From NCBI RefSeq assembly GCF_009914755.1, contig NC_060932.1: a stretch of 64,000 nt of DNA. One strand, 5' to 3'. The position numbers were made by a program, and so were the translations under genes. The notes beneath the pieces are model-generated. The model ran no database searches. It was not told where the DNA came from and saw only the letters and a list, made by a program, of their open reading frames with translations. This DNA comes from the human T2T-CHM13v2.0 reference genome, Homo sapiens. Positions 23,837-37,773 of this stretch are shown here, one piece after another (the first letter of the stretch is position 1; every line of letters starts with the position of its first letter).

Positions 23837-26800
23837 TCAATAGGACTAAAATAATATTAGCAATAATAAAAAGACACATTTCACAAATGGAATATGATTA
23901 TAATTGTTACCATGCAAAAGTCGCATTTCAAACAGTGACATGAATGAAGAGCAATTTCAAAGCAGGGGGAACATAAAATTTTGGTTTTAACTTTCAAAAA
24001 CATCACTTTGAAAAAGTGTGGAATCTGAAGATTAAGTTGCATAAGTAATAATTACTTCAAAATTTTTGTTGTTATTTCCAAAACAAAAGTTTAATCTGTT
24101 AGTATAAAATAGATTTACTTAGAATATTCAACGTTGTGTAGAATTAAAAGGGGATATATGTCATGCTTACAGAAAGTATAAATGCATCTAAACTTAGATA
24201 TGTTTGATACATATAGTGGAACTATAAAGAAATAACACTGATTTCCTTTTTAAGGTAATAAAGTCATCCATTACCATACAGTTATGTCATATATTGCATT
24301 TACCATTTTATTTTAATATTAATGGTTTGAAATACTGATATTGGTAATATTTTAAATTGGCAGTGTATGAAACACAGATTTTTAAATTGTCAAGATTCAC
24401 CACTTAACAGTTTAAAAATACTCAAAATTTTTGAATACACAACTATTTTATTAAGTAATTGCCAATGCTGGAAAAAGTCTTAGAATTATGTATAGCAATA
24501 ATTCAATATTAAATATACACATAGCTATCCAATGTTAAAAGGATACTTTACTTTCATTTTTGAAAAAAATTAAGTATGCTACACAATTAGGTAAGCATTG
24601 TCTGACAGCACAGTTAAATGTATATATTACAAGACATAAAACTCAAAGGAAGAAAACGTACATTCAGAAAACTTTCTTCATTTGATATCAAATGATATAT
24701 ACAAGGTGTAGCTTATCACAATTAGATTATCCTGTCATTAAGTTACTTGAGAAAAATCTAAAAATAAGACGTTCACAATATGAACTTATCTGAAATATAA
24801 TTTTAATAATGCTATTTAACAAAATATTCCTAAACTAACAAAAATGAAATAAAAATGATTTACATATATAAACATGCTTCACTAAGTCATAACTATATGT
24901 CATCTATGAAATTATGATAATGGAAAATCACTTGTTACACATATAAGTTTGAAATTTTATTTAATAGTAATAGTACAATGTTAAATTTGAAATTTTATTA
25001 TGTGTTTTCAAAAATTTTTTGAAAGTTATTAATTTTAACAAAATATGTACCAAATAATACCTCATGATAGAATTTGAACTTCATTTTGATTAAATTTTTT
25101 GTCCTATAGTTTAAAAATTTTATGTTGTTTCTTTGTAATTATTCTCTAACTCATTACCAAAATAAAAAACAGAATATATTGCTAGAGATATGCATGGATG
25201 ACCCAAAATATATAAGAACATGTAAAAATAACTACATATTCAAAGAAGTTTTTAGGTACTTATGTTTAGCACATTATGTTACATAAATTAGTTTAATATA
25301 TTCTGTTCCTTCCTTTAATTTTAGTGTTTCATATGAAACATTTGAATGGAAATTTAACAAAATAATAATAATTTTGTGACATTGTGATATGTAATAAAGT
25401 AAAATGCCATAAATGTTTAACATTAAAACATCTAAAATAAAAATTATATATACACAAATAACACCAACATAAAGTCTAAATACTACGACTAATTCTATTC
25501 AAGCCATCATTTGGAGAGTCATTAGCATATGTAATTTAATGTTTGTTATTTTTTTCTTCTTTTCTTTAATATGACTTCTGTGAAACTTATAGGAAAACAC
25601 ACCAATAAATGAGGACACTTGCGAACTAATTGAATACGAGGGTATGAAGTGAAACAAAGCTCTGATTTGTTACATTTTTAAAAATTTCGTTTTCATTAAG
25701 CGTATGCTAGTTGCGAAAATAATTGAAATATTTTGCATTATAAAAGGTATTAATTTCAGTATTTTAAAATCTGGCTACCATAGTATTCAACAGTTCAAAC
25801 TGGTAGATGGGTGCAAACTATGAATATGCAATTTAGAAAAGAGATGGATTAACTGAAAGTAGCCCTTAAAACTGTAGGGGAAATAGAAATGTTTTACCTT
25901 TGATTAACTGTTATTAAGTATAAAAATATCTTTCTGACTAGGAGAATTTTAAGTAAATCCTGGAAAAGAACTAGTTTATAATTTTCAAAAAATGTATATC
26001 TACATTGATCTTATAAAATTTGATTTCAAATTAAAATGCTGTATTTATGTTGAAACTTCATAAGATTAAAATCTTAAAATATATTACTCAATAATACAAT
26101 ATAGCCTTGATTATAAGAGGCATATCTAAGAAAAAAACTGCAGCAATTAAATTATGAAATGACAATGCAAAATTGGCTATCACTTGTGCCCAGATTTCTG
26201 AGAGGTTAAAGTAAAAAGAAGTTCATCTTAGTGATGTAAGAAAAAATTCAGTAATTCATGTAACAGATTTTCTAAGATTAAGAATAAATAAATAGGTAAA
26301 TACTAATTTAAAAATATAATTGAGTTTAAATACATATCACCTTTCTGAATTTACTGACATATTGATATGTTTATTTTTATGTTATATATTTTGTTAAAGT
26401 TTATAAGCGTTAAATAGGAAACCAGTATTAAATTTTGCATTTGGATTTGCTGTCATTTATCATGTACAAGTGGCCTTGATGAAATAATATGCAAAATGAA
26501 TGAATAAATAAATAATATATTTGCAATTCAATCTGAAACTGATGATAGTAAGATTTGTCAGTAAATGTAGTGGTACATCTACTAAAATCACTTTGTGACT
26601 AAATTAATAATTGTAAAACAAATATTAACAAATTATACACTATTACACAATGTTTATATGCAAGATAAGGATCTCAAATTATGAATTGCTAGAAATTTTA
26701 ATAAACACACATGCCAAGCAACCATAAATACCTTTTTATATGAAATATGGAAATATCAAAACTTTTAGAAAGCCTTAAGGAGACTACAGTTTTGGTGAAC

Positions 26801-29800
26801 CATGACAAAACAATACGTACACATAAATGTATGAATGTTATATTAAATATTGCAGTTTTACCCTAAGAAGGAGAATGGATAGACATCTCATTTCTTAGTA
26901 CAAAAAATATAATAAGAGTGTGCTAGAGAAAAGCTATTTTAAATGGAGAGTTTAAGAATCTTGAAAATAGTATCTCTCTCTCAAAAGATCGTTTCTTGCT
27001 TCACCCAGTTGATTAAGAGAAATTTGTAGAATTAAAGTTCAAAGTAGTATCACTTTAATTTTTCATGCGTTTTGGAGGTTTCTCCGATGTGTAGAGGTGC
27101 ATCATAGGTGTCATTTTTAAATTTAGATATGCAAATCCACAAAAACACACACCACTTGCAGAAATAAATTTCACACAATACAAACTGAATTCTTTTTAAG
27201 TAACTAAGTATAATAGTCTTATAAGGTCACAAAACTGACAATAAATGTTGAAGACCTAGGTTTTAAAAGAAGAATCATGGCATCATTGTTACATTTCACA
27301 ATAAGAGAAAGAATAGGATGCCCCTCTACATCTTTGTACAACCATCAACCAGAATCCTGAATCTTTAGATCTTTTTGTTGAGACACCTGTCATCTCTTAA
27401 CTAGAGTAAAAGCATTTGTCATTCTGGGCTTCCCCTAAACAAACAAAATGAAACGTCACACACACTTGTTTCATTCATTTCCACGTAAAATCTTGTGGAA
27501 CAGCTGGCAGCTCTCATGGAAGAATATTTTATTGCAAGATGTCATGTCAGAAGCACCTCATTTTCATACCCTTGTTTTCTCTGACAATCCTTGCCTTATT
27601 AATATCATTTGAAAGCAGAGAACATGTCTTACAGAGGCCTTATCCCCTATTTCTGACTGAATATTTGATATATATGTGAGGAGAGAATAAATTAGTAAAA
27701 ATGTCTAAATATATTACCTTCTTTCTGAATAATATAAAAGTTTTGTATTTAATTAATACTTAATGATGGCAAAATTTATTTTTCAGGATATAAACATAAG
27801 TAAAGAATTGGATCTGTTCAGATACATCCAAATAATGCAAAACACACTTATAACATACTTTTGTTTTATATTTCATGTGCTAGAATAGAGGTATGAAAAA
27901 GAGGAAGAAACATCCGACACACAGAAATTACTTATTCATTTATGTTTTCTCAAATAAGAGTATCATTTCCCCATCTGCTTCTTCTATCTCCCAATATTCT
28001 TTCCAAAAACCCAAAACCTGTATTTTATAATGATAGTATTTGTTTATTTTGAAAGAGAAAGGAGAAAAGTAAAGAAAATTTGTGGGTGGGGTTCCCTTTT
28101 ATACCAATAATTATTGAAAGAAAAAATAAGAGCAGTCTTTATCCTAACCTACTCATCATATCCCTGGGTCACAGCTACCTTCACTACCTGAATGTATCTC
28201 TGTTTATCCTTTGTTTTCTTCCACAATGACTGGCCTTTAAGTTTGGGACCTATGGAAGTGTCATCATTTTTCATTAATTGTAGATGTTCTTTAATGCCTA
28301 AAATATACATAAGCCTGCTTTTATGTATGTGATATGATTTAATGGAACCAAGAAACTACGCTTATCCCCCACATCTTTCTCTCTGTGTACCTCAATGGTG
28401 TTAAAAGATGTTCTTAAGAATTAAGTATTGCCCAAAAAAATTATTCTCTCATAACCAGACAAATAACTTTTTGATTGATAGAGGGCCATACTAGATTAAT
28501 TGTTTAACTATTCCACTTTAATTAGTTTATTATTAAGTTTTCTTCCCTTACAAAAATACTTGGGGAAATTTTAGAGATACATGTTTTGGGGAGAAGTGTG
28601 AAGTTTGCCATAAGACCATTTAGTGATTTTTATTGAGGCATTTATCATAAGTTGATATCTGATCCATATGATTGTTAAATAACTGGAAGAATAGGGTTCA
28701 TTATTAACAGGTCTGGTGTAAAGAAGGTGTGGGTGGCTAGGAAGGGCTGCCATTCTGGAAGAAAGACTATTATGGTGTTGACTGTGAAAGGGTTGCTGAG
28801 CAACTGGTGAGAAGCTGCATAAATACGCTCAAGTAAAGTAGCCTAATAAGAAACACAGGCCAAAAACGTCTTACTTTCCTGCAACAGACATTTTGTAGAG
28901 CATTTGGTATTCTGTAGCAGCAAATTAATTAGTAGAAGGAGTTATTTTCTCGAAAATAAATACCAATTTTGGCTTAGAAAAAAATAGCATGTTGGAGGGG
29001 AAAAAAAACTTCAGAAATGATAAGAATATAGTCTATCATCAAAGCTATCATTGCCCTAAAAGCAAATATATTATATATGAATATTATATATGGGGTATTA
29101 CATATAATTATATATTTGGATATTTATATTTGTCCATATTTAGAGATAAATGTATTTCTTATGTGATTATTATGCTAATTTCCTTTACACAAATACCTTT
29201 CATTTAGAGAATATAAGTAAAAAAGAACAAACAAAAACTGTCTTTTAATACCATCAATAAACAAAGGTAAGAACACCAAGATATACATCATTTATATTTG
29301 ACTTCAAGTGTGCTTACTTTAGTTTTACTAAGGCAACAGATGATGTTAAAATTTAGCCATAAAATGTAACTATCTGATCAATAAAATCTCACAAATCATA
29401 TATTTTAATGTTATAATATCTCGCCAACTGTCTTTGACTCTTTCTACTCTAGAAGTAGAAAGTTGGATCCTCAGGGTGATACAAATTAGAAGGTTAATTA
29501 GAGCTTCCTTCACTCAAATCTTCCCTGGAGGAGAGACAGATAAGTCTGTTGCTTAATTAGAAAGAAATTCCATCAAATTTAGAACAGAATATATTTGGAA
29601 AGACAGAAATAAAATGGGTGAAATATGAAGGAAGAGATTCAACAAACTACTTCGGCTTTACATATTTGTACCTATTGAAAAAACAAACCCTATCTTGTAT
29701 TCATTCCAAAAAATGCAAATGTTATACATGAATCTTTCTAATACCCTACTTTTTCTACACCAATGAGAATGGAGATTTTTCCTCTTTCTCTATGTTTCAA

Positions 29801-29921
29801 TCACATTCTAAACCATCCTAACTGTAAAAGGTATTACATTCCATCTTCTCTTTACCTCATCCTTGCTATTTCACAAACACAAATTAAATGACTATTATAC
29901 TTTAGATACATGATAGATTAT

Positions 29922-29969
<48 letters not shown>
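29922..29969. repeat. (GATA)12 microsatellite
   Basis: 12 perfect GATA units, with degenerate units upstream from about 29903. Confidence 0.97.
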
Positions 29970-29971
<2 letters not shown>

Positions 29972-29974
29972 CTT

Positions 29975-30450
29975 CACCCATGTCTTTCAAGTAAACAGTC
30001 TAATAGCTATTTAAAAAATAACCAGAGCAATGTGATATGTTTAATAGAGGATACAGTATAACTAGGAAAACACAGCTGTGGAACCCCTTAGATTTGCTTA
30101 CACAAACCAGGAAGACTTTCTAGTTGAAGAGACATTGGCATTGATCTTAAAGGATGAGCAGATTTTCCCTGATACATGAGGGATAAAATAACATTTTAGT
30201 CAGAGGTAGCAGATTAGAAAAAGGTGCGGTAGGGGAAAAGGCAAGACATATTCAGAAAACTTCAAATTATTTGGCATGGCAGGAATGAAAAAACGAAATA
30301 GTAGGCACCGAGACTTGAAGAGCCAAAACACTTCAACTTAACTTGAAAAAATGAAGCATCACTAAAGGACATAAAGCATGAGACTGATAACAAGATTGGC
30401 ATTTTAGAGAGAATGTTCTTGCTATAATGTGGACAAGGTATTAAAGAGCT
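29975..30450 (-). mobile_element. L2 fragment
   Basis: ggaagactttctagttgaagagacatt..gatcttaaaggatgagcag..ggcattttagagagaat..gctataatgtgga. Confidence 0.55.
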
Positions 30451-30463
30451 ACATGGACTACAG

Positions 30464-30977
30464 GAGGGGTCACCAACCCCCAGGCCACGGACTGGTACCA
30501 GTCCTTCGCCTGTTAGGAACTGGGCCACACAGCCGAAGATGAGTGGTGAGCAAGCGAGCAAAGCTTCATCTGTATTTACAGCTACTCCCCATTGATCACA
30601 TTACCTACTGAGCTCTGCCACCTATCAGATCAGTGGTGGCATTAGATTCTTATAGGAGCATGAACTGCTCAAGCAAGAGATCTAGGTTGCAAACTCCTTA
30701 TGAGAATCTAATGCCTGATGATCTGTCAGTGTCTACCATCACCCCCAGATGGGACCACCTCATTGCAAGAAAACAAGGTCAGGGATCCCACTGCTTCTCC
30801 ATTATGGTGAGTTGTATAATTATTTGATTATATATTACAATACAATAATAATAGAAACAAAGTACAAAGTAAATGTAATGTGCTTGGATCATCCAGAAAC
30901 CATCCCCACCCCCGATCTGTGGAAAAACTGTCTTCCACAAAATCAGTCTCTGGTGCCAAAAATGTTGGGGACTACTG
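30464..30977 (+). mobile_element. MER1A (hAT-Charlie), near full length
   Basis: Termini gaggggtcaccaacc / gttggggactactg; 8-bp TSD gactacag (30456-30463) / gactacaa (30978-30985); internal ggccacggactggtaccagtcc, tatgagaatctaatgcc. Confidence 0.92.
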
Positions 30978-31036
30978 GACTACAAGCAAGACAAACATTT
31001 AACTGCTTCAACCACATGACTCTGAGTATTTTGCAA

Positions 31037-31219
31037 TAGAGTTGCTAGATTTAGCAAATAAGAATATGGAACACTCAGTTAAATTTAAATGTCACGTAAT
31101 CAACAATTGTTTTGTTATTTTGTTTGCTTTTAGTATAACTATATCCTGTATAAAAATGTTTCTTTTCTATCTGAAATTAAAATTCAACTGGGCATTCTGT
31201 ATATTATCTGGAAACTCTA
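31037..31219. mobile_element. MER53 palindromic MITE (hAT)
   Basis: tagagttgctagatttagcaaataa..cagttaaattt / tatctgaaattaaaattcaactgggcattctgtatattatctggaaactcta. Confidence 0.85.
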
Positions 31220-32379
31220 CCTTGATATTAATTTAGACTTACAAACTCTGAAAATTTTCTACATACCAAGTAAAAACTAGTAACAAATATTAATCCTTTC
31301 AATGTAGGTATTATTTGATTGATCCTGTGAAAACTTTTGGAATGACAGAGAATGGGCATGATGACATCACAAGGACATCTAGGCAAAACTCATGAAAGCA
31401 TCATTTTATTAAATGAGAAACGGAAAGAAGGCAAGTTGAATATAGTGTTCTAAGTTATTTTATTCCAAATATATTTAAGTCTTCAACCATTTTAGTATTA
31501 AAACCATCGAATGCTCTAGTCCTATATTCATTATAAAAATACATGTTCTATACTTGAGGAAAAAATTCATATTGAGAATTAAATCCATAGATTTACATAT
31601 AAAAAAGTCAGCTTTCTGAATAATGATTCAATCCATAGAAAATTGAATGGAAGATATTTCCAGTAAGAACTTATTGCTCTTTGAATTATATACAGACACC
31701 GTAAGTGGCAACAAAAACTGAATATTTACCCAACCTCACAATATCGAGTAATACTTTTTGACCTGTTAGTCTTTTTTTATTCAGGTAATAGAAAATATAA
31801 AATGGAAAGTAAAAAATTCAATGTTCTCAATAGATAGATAATTAGGTAGATAAAGATATAAATATAGATAGTTTCTATGAGTTTCCCTCATCTTCCTCTA
31901 GCATATATGAGACTATATATCTGTGTGTATATATGTATATATCTATAACTATGTGGAGAGATATCAGGTACATAAAGAAATCTCTGAACTCTGAAAAGGC
32001 ATTTAAAGTAAGAGTGTTCTATTTTATCAAGATCATATGCATATTATTTGGTTTGAATTTTTGATGACAATATTAATGCAAAAAAATTTAATCATTAGTG
32101 TAGTTTTAAATATCTAATAGTTTTATATCCACCCAGATAATTTTGCTGTATTCTAATTACAGATATGAAGATGAATATTCAATCATTTTCCTGAAGTATA
32201 CTTTTAACCTTTATAAAGGTAATGAAAACTTGCTTCAGTCATCTGTGAGAAGATACCTTTGTATTTCTCCACATTTCTGAAGAGATGATTAAGACACTAT
32301 AAACGTATTTGACATTCCAATATGTTTACTTTAAATAAATAGATACCAAAAATATTTTTAAAACATGGCATAAAAAGCA

Positions 32380-32560
32380 ATAGACATTTATTGAGCACTT
32401 AGTATTTGCCAGACATAGTGCTAATTTATTCATTTAATCCTTAAAGGTAACCTATGAGCTAATAATGATAAAGCGCAGAGCTGCTTCAAAACATACACTG
32501 AGTCACATAGCTATAACTGGCACAGCTAAAAGATGGACCAAAATTGCACAGTCTCAAAAT
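32380..32560 (-). mobile_element. MIR
   Basis: catttattgagcacttagtatttgccagacatagtgcta..catttaatcct..aacctatgag..gtcacatagcta. Confidence 0.7.
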
Positions 32561-33749
32561 GATCTTAACTTCTGTGAAATCAGTGCCTTTATGCAGCCTC
32601 CCCAATACAGTATAGCATGTAAACACTTGTATGTGAGTCAATATGTTATTTACTTATGTTTTATTTTCACTATATTTCTTTTCCATCACCTCCTTTCTCA
32701 ACAGAGGCCTGATTGCCTCCAGGTCCTCCTGTAATTCCCTCGGCAGGATTTTCATGCAGAGCTCAAAGGGAAATTTTCTCTATATTCCCTCCCTAGTTTT
32801 TGTTTCCTGAGAGTCTAGGTCCTTTCATGAAAGTACACCAAATGAAAAGAGGAGGGCAATGATGGGGAGGTGTTAGAGTTTGGGGAGAAGCAATGAAGAT
32901 GATGTACACATCATCTCTAAGGAAAATAGAAGGGTCTAGGAATCTGTATTCTCACATTTGGCTAGGATTTCCTCACTCAGGCTTATCATGGAAAGAAGAG
33001 GGTCATCTGCCTTCATAGAAAATATGGGTTTGGACAATGATGACTAAATGGCTTTCTCCCCATAGTCTAGTCGCTACAAAGGCCTATTGGATTCTTGCGC
33101 AAATCAAGGGAAGAGAAGGTGCCAAATGTTTCTTCTACCCTCACCCCACAATGACCTACATAATGTTTTTCCTGTCAAATATGATAGGGGCTTTCAAATG
33201 TATTTGAATTTAAGAGAACAAAGTAACACTTCTTGCCTATCCACATCTGTGGATTAAATTTCACACCTGTTTAATGTGTAAATGCATTAAAAATGTACAA
33301 CATATCTCAATAGCTTATTTTTGCTTGTTTAAATAATTTAGTTTAAGGGTGAAGTTTGATACCTCTATGTTCTATTTTGTCTTTTAACAATTTGAGTTCT
33401 TCTATTATAAAACAGTTCTTAGTAATCTAATTTCACTCATCTTTGCAAAGTATCTGCTGCTCAATAGTTACAAGACTCACATTATCATACTTGTGGCTTC
33501 TTACTATGTTGCTAATGTGTATCATTTTTGCCACCTTTGGGCATGAACAAAGATTCTGCAAGTTTCTGGTTCCTAACTTTTACCAACAAAGTCTTCTCCA
33601 ATCTTCAGAAAATTTCTTGCAAGTCGTCTTTTTTCCCAGTCACACATCAATTTAATTTTTCATGGAGAGTGGATGTTTTATGATGAGGACATTTACACCA
33701 GAGACTCAGGCATCCATTAGTACTCAGCCAACTATTCCCCACTGTCCCT

Positions 33750-34110
33750 AATAATCATAGCCTAACACTTATTGATCATTATTTAATGCATATTCCATGA
33801 TAAGCAATTCATATATAATAATCATAACAACCGTAGGCAGCAGGTACCATGAAAATTTATACAGCTGCGGGTAAATAAGTTGATTTAAGTAATTCATTCA
33901 CGTATTCACTCAACAAGTATTTATTGTCTTAGGTCATTTATTCATTCTTCCAGAATTTTAGGCAACAAGAATTTGTCGAGTGCTTAGTTTATGCCAGAGG
34001 CTGGATGATCCAGAGGTGAACAGTACAGACACTGTGTTTCCTAAGAAATATTACATTCAAATGGGAGACAAAAAGAATGAACAGATAAATAAAACAGCAG
34101 GTAGTGAAAC
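33750..34110 (-). mobile_element. MIR followed by L2 3' end fragments
   Basis: taatcatagcctaacacttattga; attcactcaacaagtatttattg..gagtgcttagtttatgccag..gaggtgaacagtacagac. Confidence 0.55.
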
Positions 34111-34516
34111 ACAAAGTGATTTTTGAGCTAAAACCATAATAAAATGAAAGAGTTATTTAAGAAAAAGACCTGATATATGGCACTTTTACTCAGACTGTCA
34201 GATTACACAGATTTTTTTCTTAATCTTGGTGACACAATACTTCCTATCCAGTTATCACTTGGGCATTTCACTTTATTTCTCTATACTATGTTCCACAGTC
34301 TCTTGTGTCCTATGTTTCTATGAAACAATACTTATTTTTAGCCAAGATAATATTTTGCATCAATATTTTATTTCATTCAATGAATACTACATACTGAGTT
34401 TCTACCTTTTGCTAGCTATTGTTACATGATAGAATGCAATGGTGAGCATGGGAGATAACGTGAACAAAGGGATAAACAATTAACAAAAATAACAGAATAT
34501 GTTTGTACTATGTTGC

Positions 34517-35368
34517 TGTGTTATATTAAATATGGTCACATATTCTTTGTGACTCTTGACTAAGAGGTAGAGTAGGTGTGACCCTACTAAGAGATGGAGT
34601 CTATTTCCCACCCACTTGGGTAAGGATGTCCTAATGACTTGCTGTGACCAACAGAGTGCAGCAAAAGGGATGATGTGTGACTTCTGGAGCTTCACTTTCA
34701 ATATTCTTTGTAGCTTCCACCTTGGATCTCTTGGGATGCTTTCCTCAAACTGCCACTGATATGGTTTCACTGTGTCCCCACCCAAATCTCATCTTGAATT
34801 GGAATAATCCTCATATGTCAAGGGCAATGCCAGATGGAGATAATTGAATCATGGGGGCAGTTTTCCCCCTACTGTTCTTGTTCTTGTGGTAGTGAATAAG
34901 TCTCATGAGATCGGATAGTTTTATAAATGGGAGATCCCCTACACAAGCTCTTGCCTCCTGCCATGTAAGATGTGACTTTGTTCCTCATTCACCTTCCGCC
35001 ATGATTGTGAGGCCTCCCCAGCCACGTGGAAATGTGAGTCAATTAAAATTTTTCCTTTATACGTTACTCAGTCCCGAATACGTCTTTATTAGCAGCATGA
35101 GAACAGACTAATACAGCCACGTAAGGAAGTATGTCTGGCTACCAGAAGATAAATGGCACAAGGAGCAAAACTGAAGTGTCCCAATTTACAAAACTGTGTT
35201 ACGCCATATTGGACCTTCTATGATAGTCAACTATCTAGCTGACTGTAACTACACATGCGAGCAAAAAAGCATCTTGCCAACAAAGAGAATTGTGAGAAAT
35301 AATGAAGCGTTCTGTTTTAAGCCTCTAATACATGACTTGTCTTTCACAAGCCATGTTTAACTGAAACA
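34517..35368 (+). mobile_element. MLT1 (F/G/H-like) MaLR LTR split by a THE1 LTR
   Basis: gatggagtctatttccc..gacttgctgtgaccaacagagtg..gtgtgacttctgg; resumes after THE1 with gaattgtgagaaataa..ttttaagcc..taactgaaaca. Confidence 0.7.
34757..35115 (+). mobile_element. THE1B-like solo LTR
   Basis: tgatatggttt..cccacccaaatctcatcttgaatt..gactaataca; perfect 5-bp TSD gccac (34752-34756 / 35116-35120). Confidence 0.92.
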
Positions 35369-36097
35369 ATGGGTTAAATGCTTGAGTTTTACGGAAGTAT
35401 TTAATAGAAGCACTAATCTGGTCTTGGGGGTCAAATTAATAAACAGAGGCTTTGTGAAAAATGTTATGTTTAAACTAAAACCAGAACAATGAATAGGAAA
35501 TGCCAAGGTGAAAAGAAAATAAGTAAATAGTCCAAACAGAGGCCTGTATTGTAAACACCCTGAGACAAGACAGATTTTGTTAGTTTCTAGGAATTAAAGA
35601 CCACTTAGTATGGGTAAAGGATAAATTGCAAGCAGGAATATCACAGAAACTTAGCTTGGAAATATAAGTAGAGAGCATATTATGAGAATATAGTACAGCA
35701 GATTATGACACAAGCCATGAGAACCCATATGGACTTTATAATAATGCCAGCAGACACAGTCCTCCAACTCCACTCACTGTAGTTACCACTACATTTCTCT
35801 CTTCCCTTCTGAAAACCAAATGTGTTTCTTAAAAGAAAAGATAAATTTTCTTTCTGTGGATAGAAAACATTTTTTTAAAATCCTGAAATTAAAAAGTAAA
35901 ATTTTTGTTGTTCCTAAATGTGATTACCTCGGGTCATCTCTAAAGAAAAATGGAAAAACAGAAGAAATTTTAACCCATAATAATTATCTGTCTGTATTCA
36001 TTCACTCCATTTGTCATTTTTCTATTTTCCAATTTCATACTTATGAGGACCTACTTAATCATTTTTCATTTATTTTCAAAATGATATGTAGAATTGT

Positions 36098-36170
36098 TTG
36101 CTGAATTAAATATATATATATTGCTGCTGAATATATATATATAGTTGCTGAATTAAATATATATATATAT
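36098..36170. repeat. Three-copy TTGCTGAAT-(AT)n compound repeat
   Basis: ttgctgaattaaatatatatata / ttgctgctgaatatatatatatag / ttgctgaattaaatatatatatatat. Confidence 0.85.
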
Positions 36171-37099
36171 TCCTGTAAAACATATTTCATAGGAAGATCA
36201 ATGTAGGTATTTCATAAGAGGATAAAACTCATGTTGTAGAATTTCAGTCACTAGCTAGGAGATTGGGAAGGATTTGGTGGGACATCAGGAGTTCTCAGAT
36301 CCCCCATTTATGCTGTGTAGTCAACTACAGTACATGTGCAAAAATGGTCAGCCAGTATGCATTTTATTTTGGATTATATTGCAAAATATGCTCTCTAAAA
36401 ATGAATTTTTCTTTCAGAAAGATGGTTTATGCTATTAAATATCACCGAATCTGTGCAGTTCTTGCTTTCCTGATAGAAAGAATAAACAGTTTATGTACAG
36501 GTGAGTAAATTCTAGAATTTAATTAAAATGAAATTCAATATGGTGTGCCTTGGAATCAAAATTACAATAAAAAGTAATATACCAGTCAGTCAGTCAGTCA
36601 ATAAAATAAACTGAAGTGTGTTGTGTAGAAAACAAAAGATGAGACACAAAAATATTATTATGTGATACTAAATTTCTAAGCATAAATATTTTATAATGCA
36701 TTTCCTTGAGTCAACCCAGTGAAGTGATGTTTAGTAATTAAAAGTTATATGTAATGATGTGACTACATAGGTACTTTCGTTTTTTTGCAAAGTATGATTA
36801 CTTACAATCATTTTTCACACCACCTCTTAGATGAGCTGTATATCACATGAGAAAGAACAATCAGTGTTAATTTAATTATAGTGTTAAGTAAAGGAAGTTG
36901 ATATTTTAGTGAGCAGGTGAGGTCCTGTAATGAGTAAATTTTGATTAAGCATTTTTGCAATAATCAAAATAGTAGATCCTCATTATTCTTCCAGAAAATA
37001 TCAGAAAAGAATCACTGGGCTAGAAAATGTTTAAGGTCTATAAAATTATGAGAATAAAGAATTTAATTGAATTATATAATACATGTATTTTAATATGTC

Positions 37100-37205
37100 T
37101 TCGTTCCTTCCTTCTTTTTTCTTTCTTTCTTTCTTTTTTGCTTGCTCTCTTGCTTTCTTTCTCCCTCTCCTTCGTCCCTCCCTCTATCTTTTTTTCTTTC
37201 CTTCT
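37100..37205. repeat. CT-rich low complexity
   Basis: ttccttccttctttttt..ctttctttct..ctccctctcc. Confidence 0.8.
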
Positions 37206-37209
37206 ACAA

Positions 37210-37700
37210 TTATATTAAGTGTTGGATGTATTCTAGGAATTCCTCTGGGTGCCAAAATGATAACACGAAGGAAAGAGATAGGAAAGAAAAATGTCAAAAC
37301 ATACACGGTGATTTCAAAAATGTTAGTACATGAAGACATAAATAGAAGGCCCTGATTGTGAATATCCGGGTTGTTGAGGGTAGCCTAGTTCGCCTTGGTC
37401 TATCATCTCAAAGAAGGGGATATCTTTGCTTACTCCTGAAAAATGAGGAAAAACAAGTCCCTCATGGGAAGATTTGAGGGCATAACTTTCCACGCAGAAT
37501 GAAGAGCAGATGTAAAGGATCTAAGGAAGAAAACAGCATGGTATGTCTAAGTAGGCAGTGACTGAATAATAAGTATTAGGGAATTACAGGTTTGTAGGCT
37601 ATTGTAAGAAGTTTGGGTTTTATTTACTTAAATTTATTCTAAGTCAGCAATGGAGAAGGGAAGATCTGATTTAAATTTAAAACAAATCACTTCACTGTCA
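37210..37700 (-). mobile_element. L2 fragment
   Basis: gcagaatgaagagcagatgtaaagg..aacagcatggtatgtc..ttgtaggctattgtaagaagtttgggttttatt..gatctgatttaaatttaaaacaaatcac. Confidence 0.55.
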
Positions 37701-37707
37701 ATGGGTA

Positions 37708-37773
37708 GTGTTTGTGTGCCTGTGTGTGTGTGCTTGTGTATGTGCCTCTGTGTGTGTGTGTGTGTTTTTGTGT
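37708..37773. repeat. Imperfect (TG)n
   Basis: gtgtttgtgtgcctgtgtgtgtgtgc..tgtgtgtgtgtgtgtgt. Confidence 0.85.
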
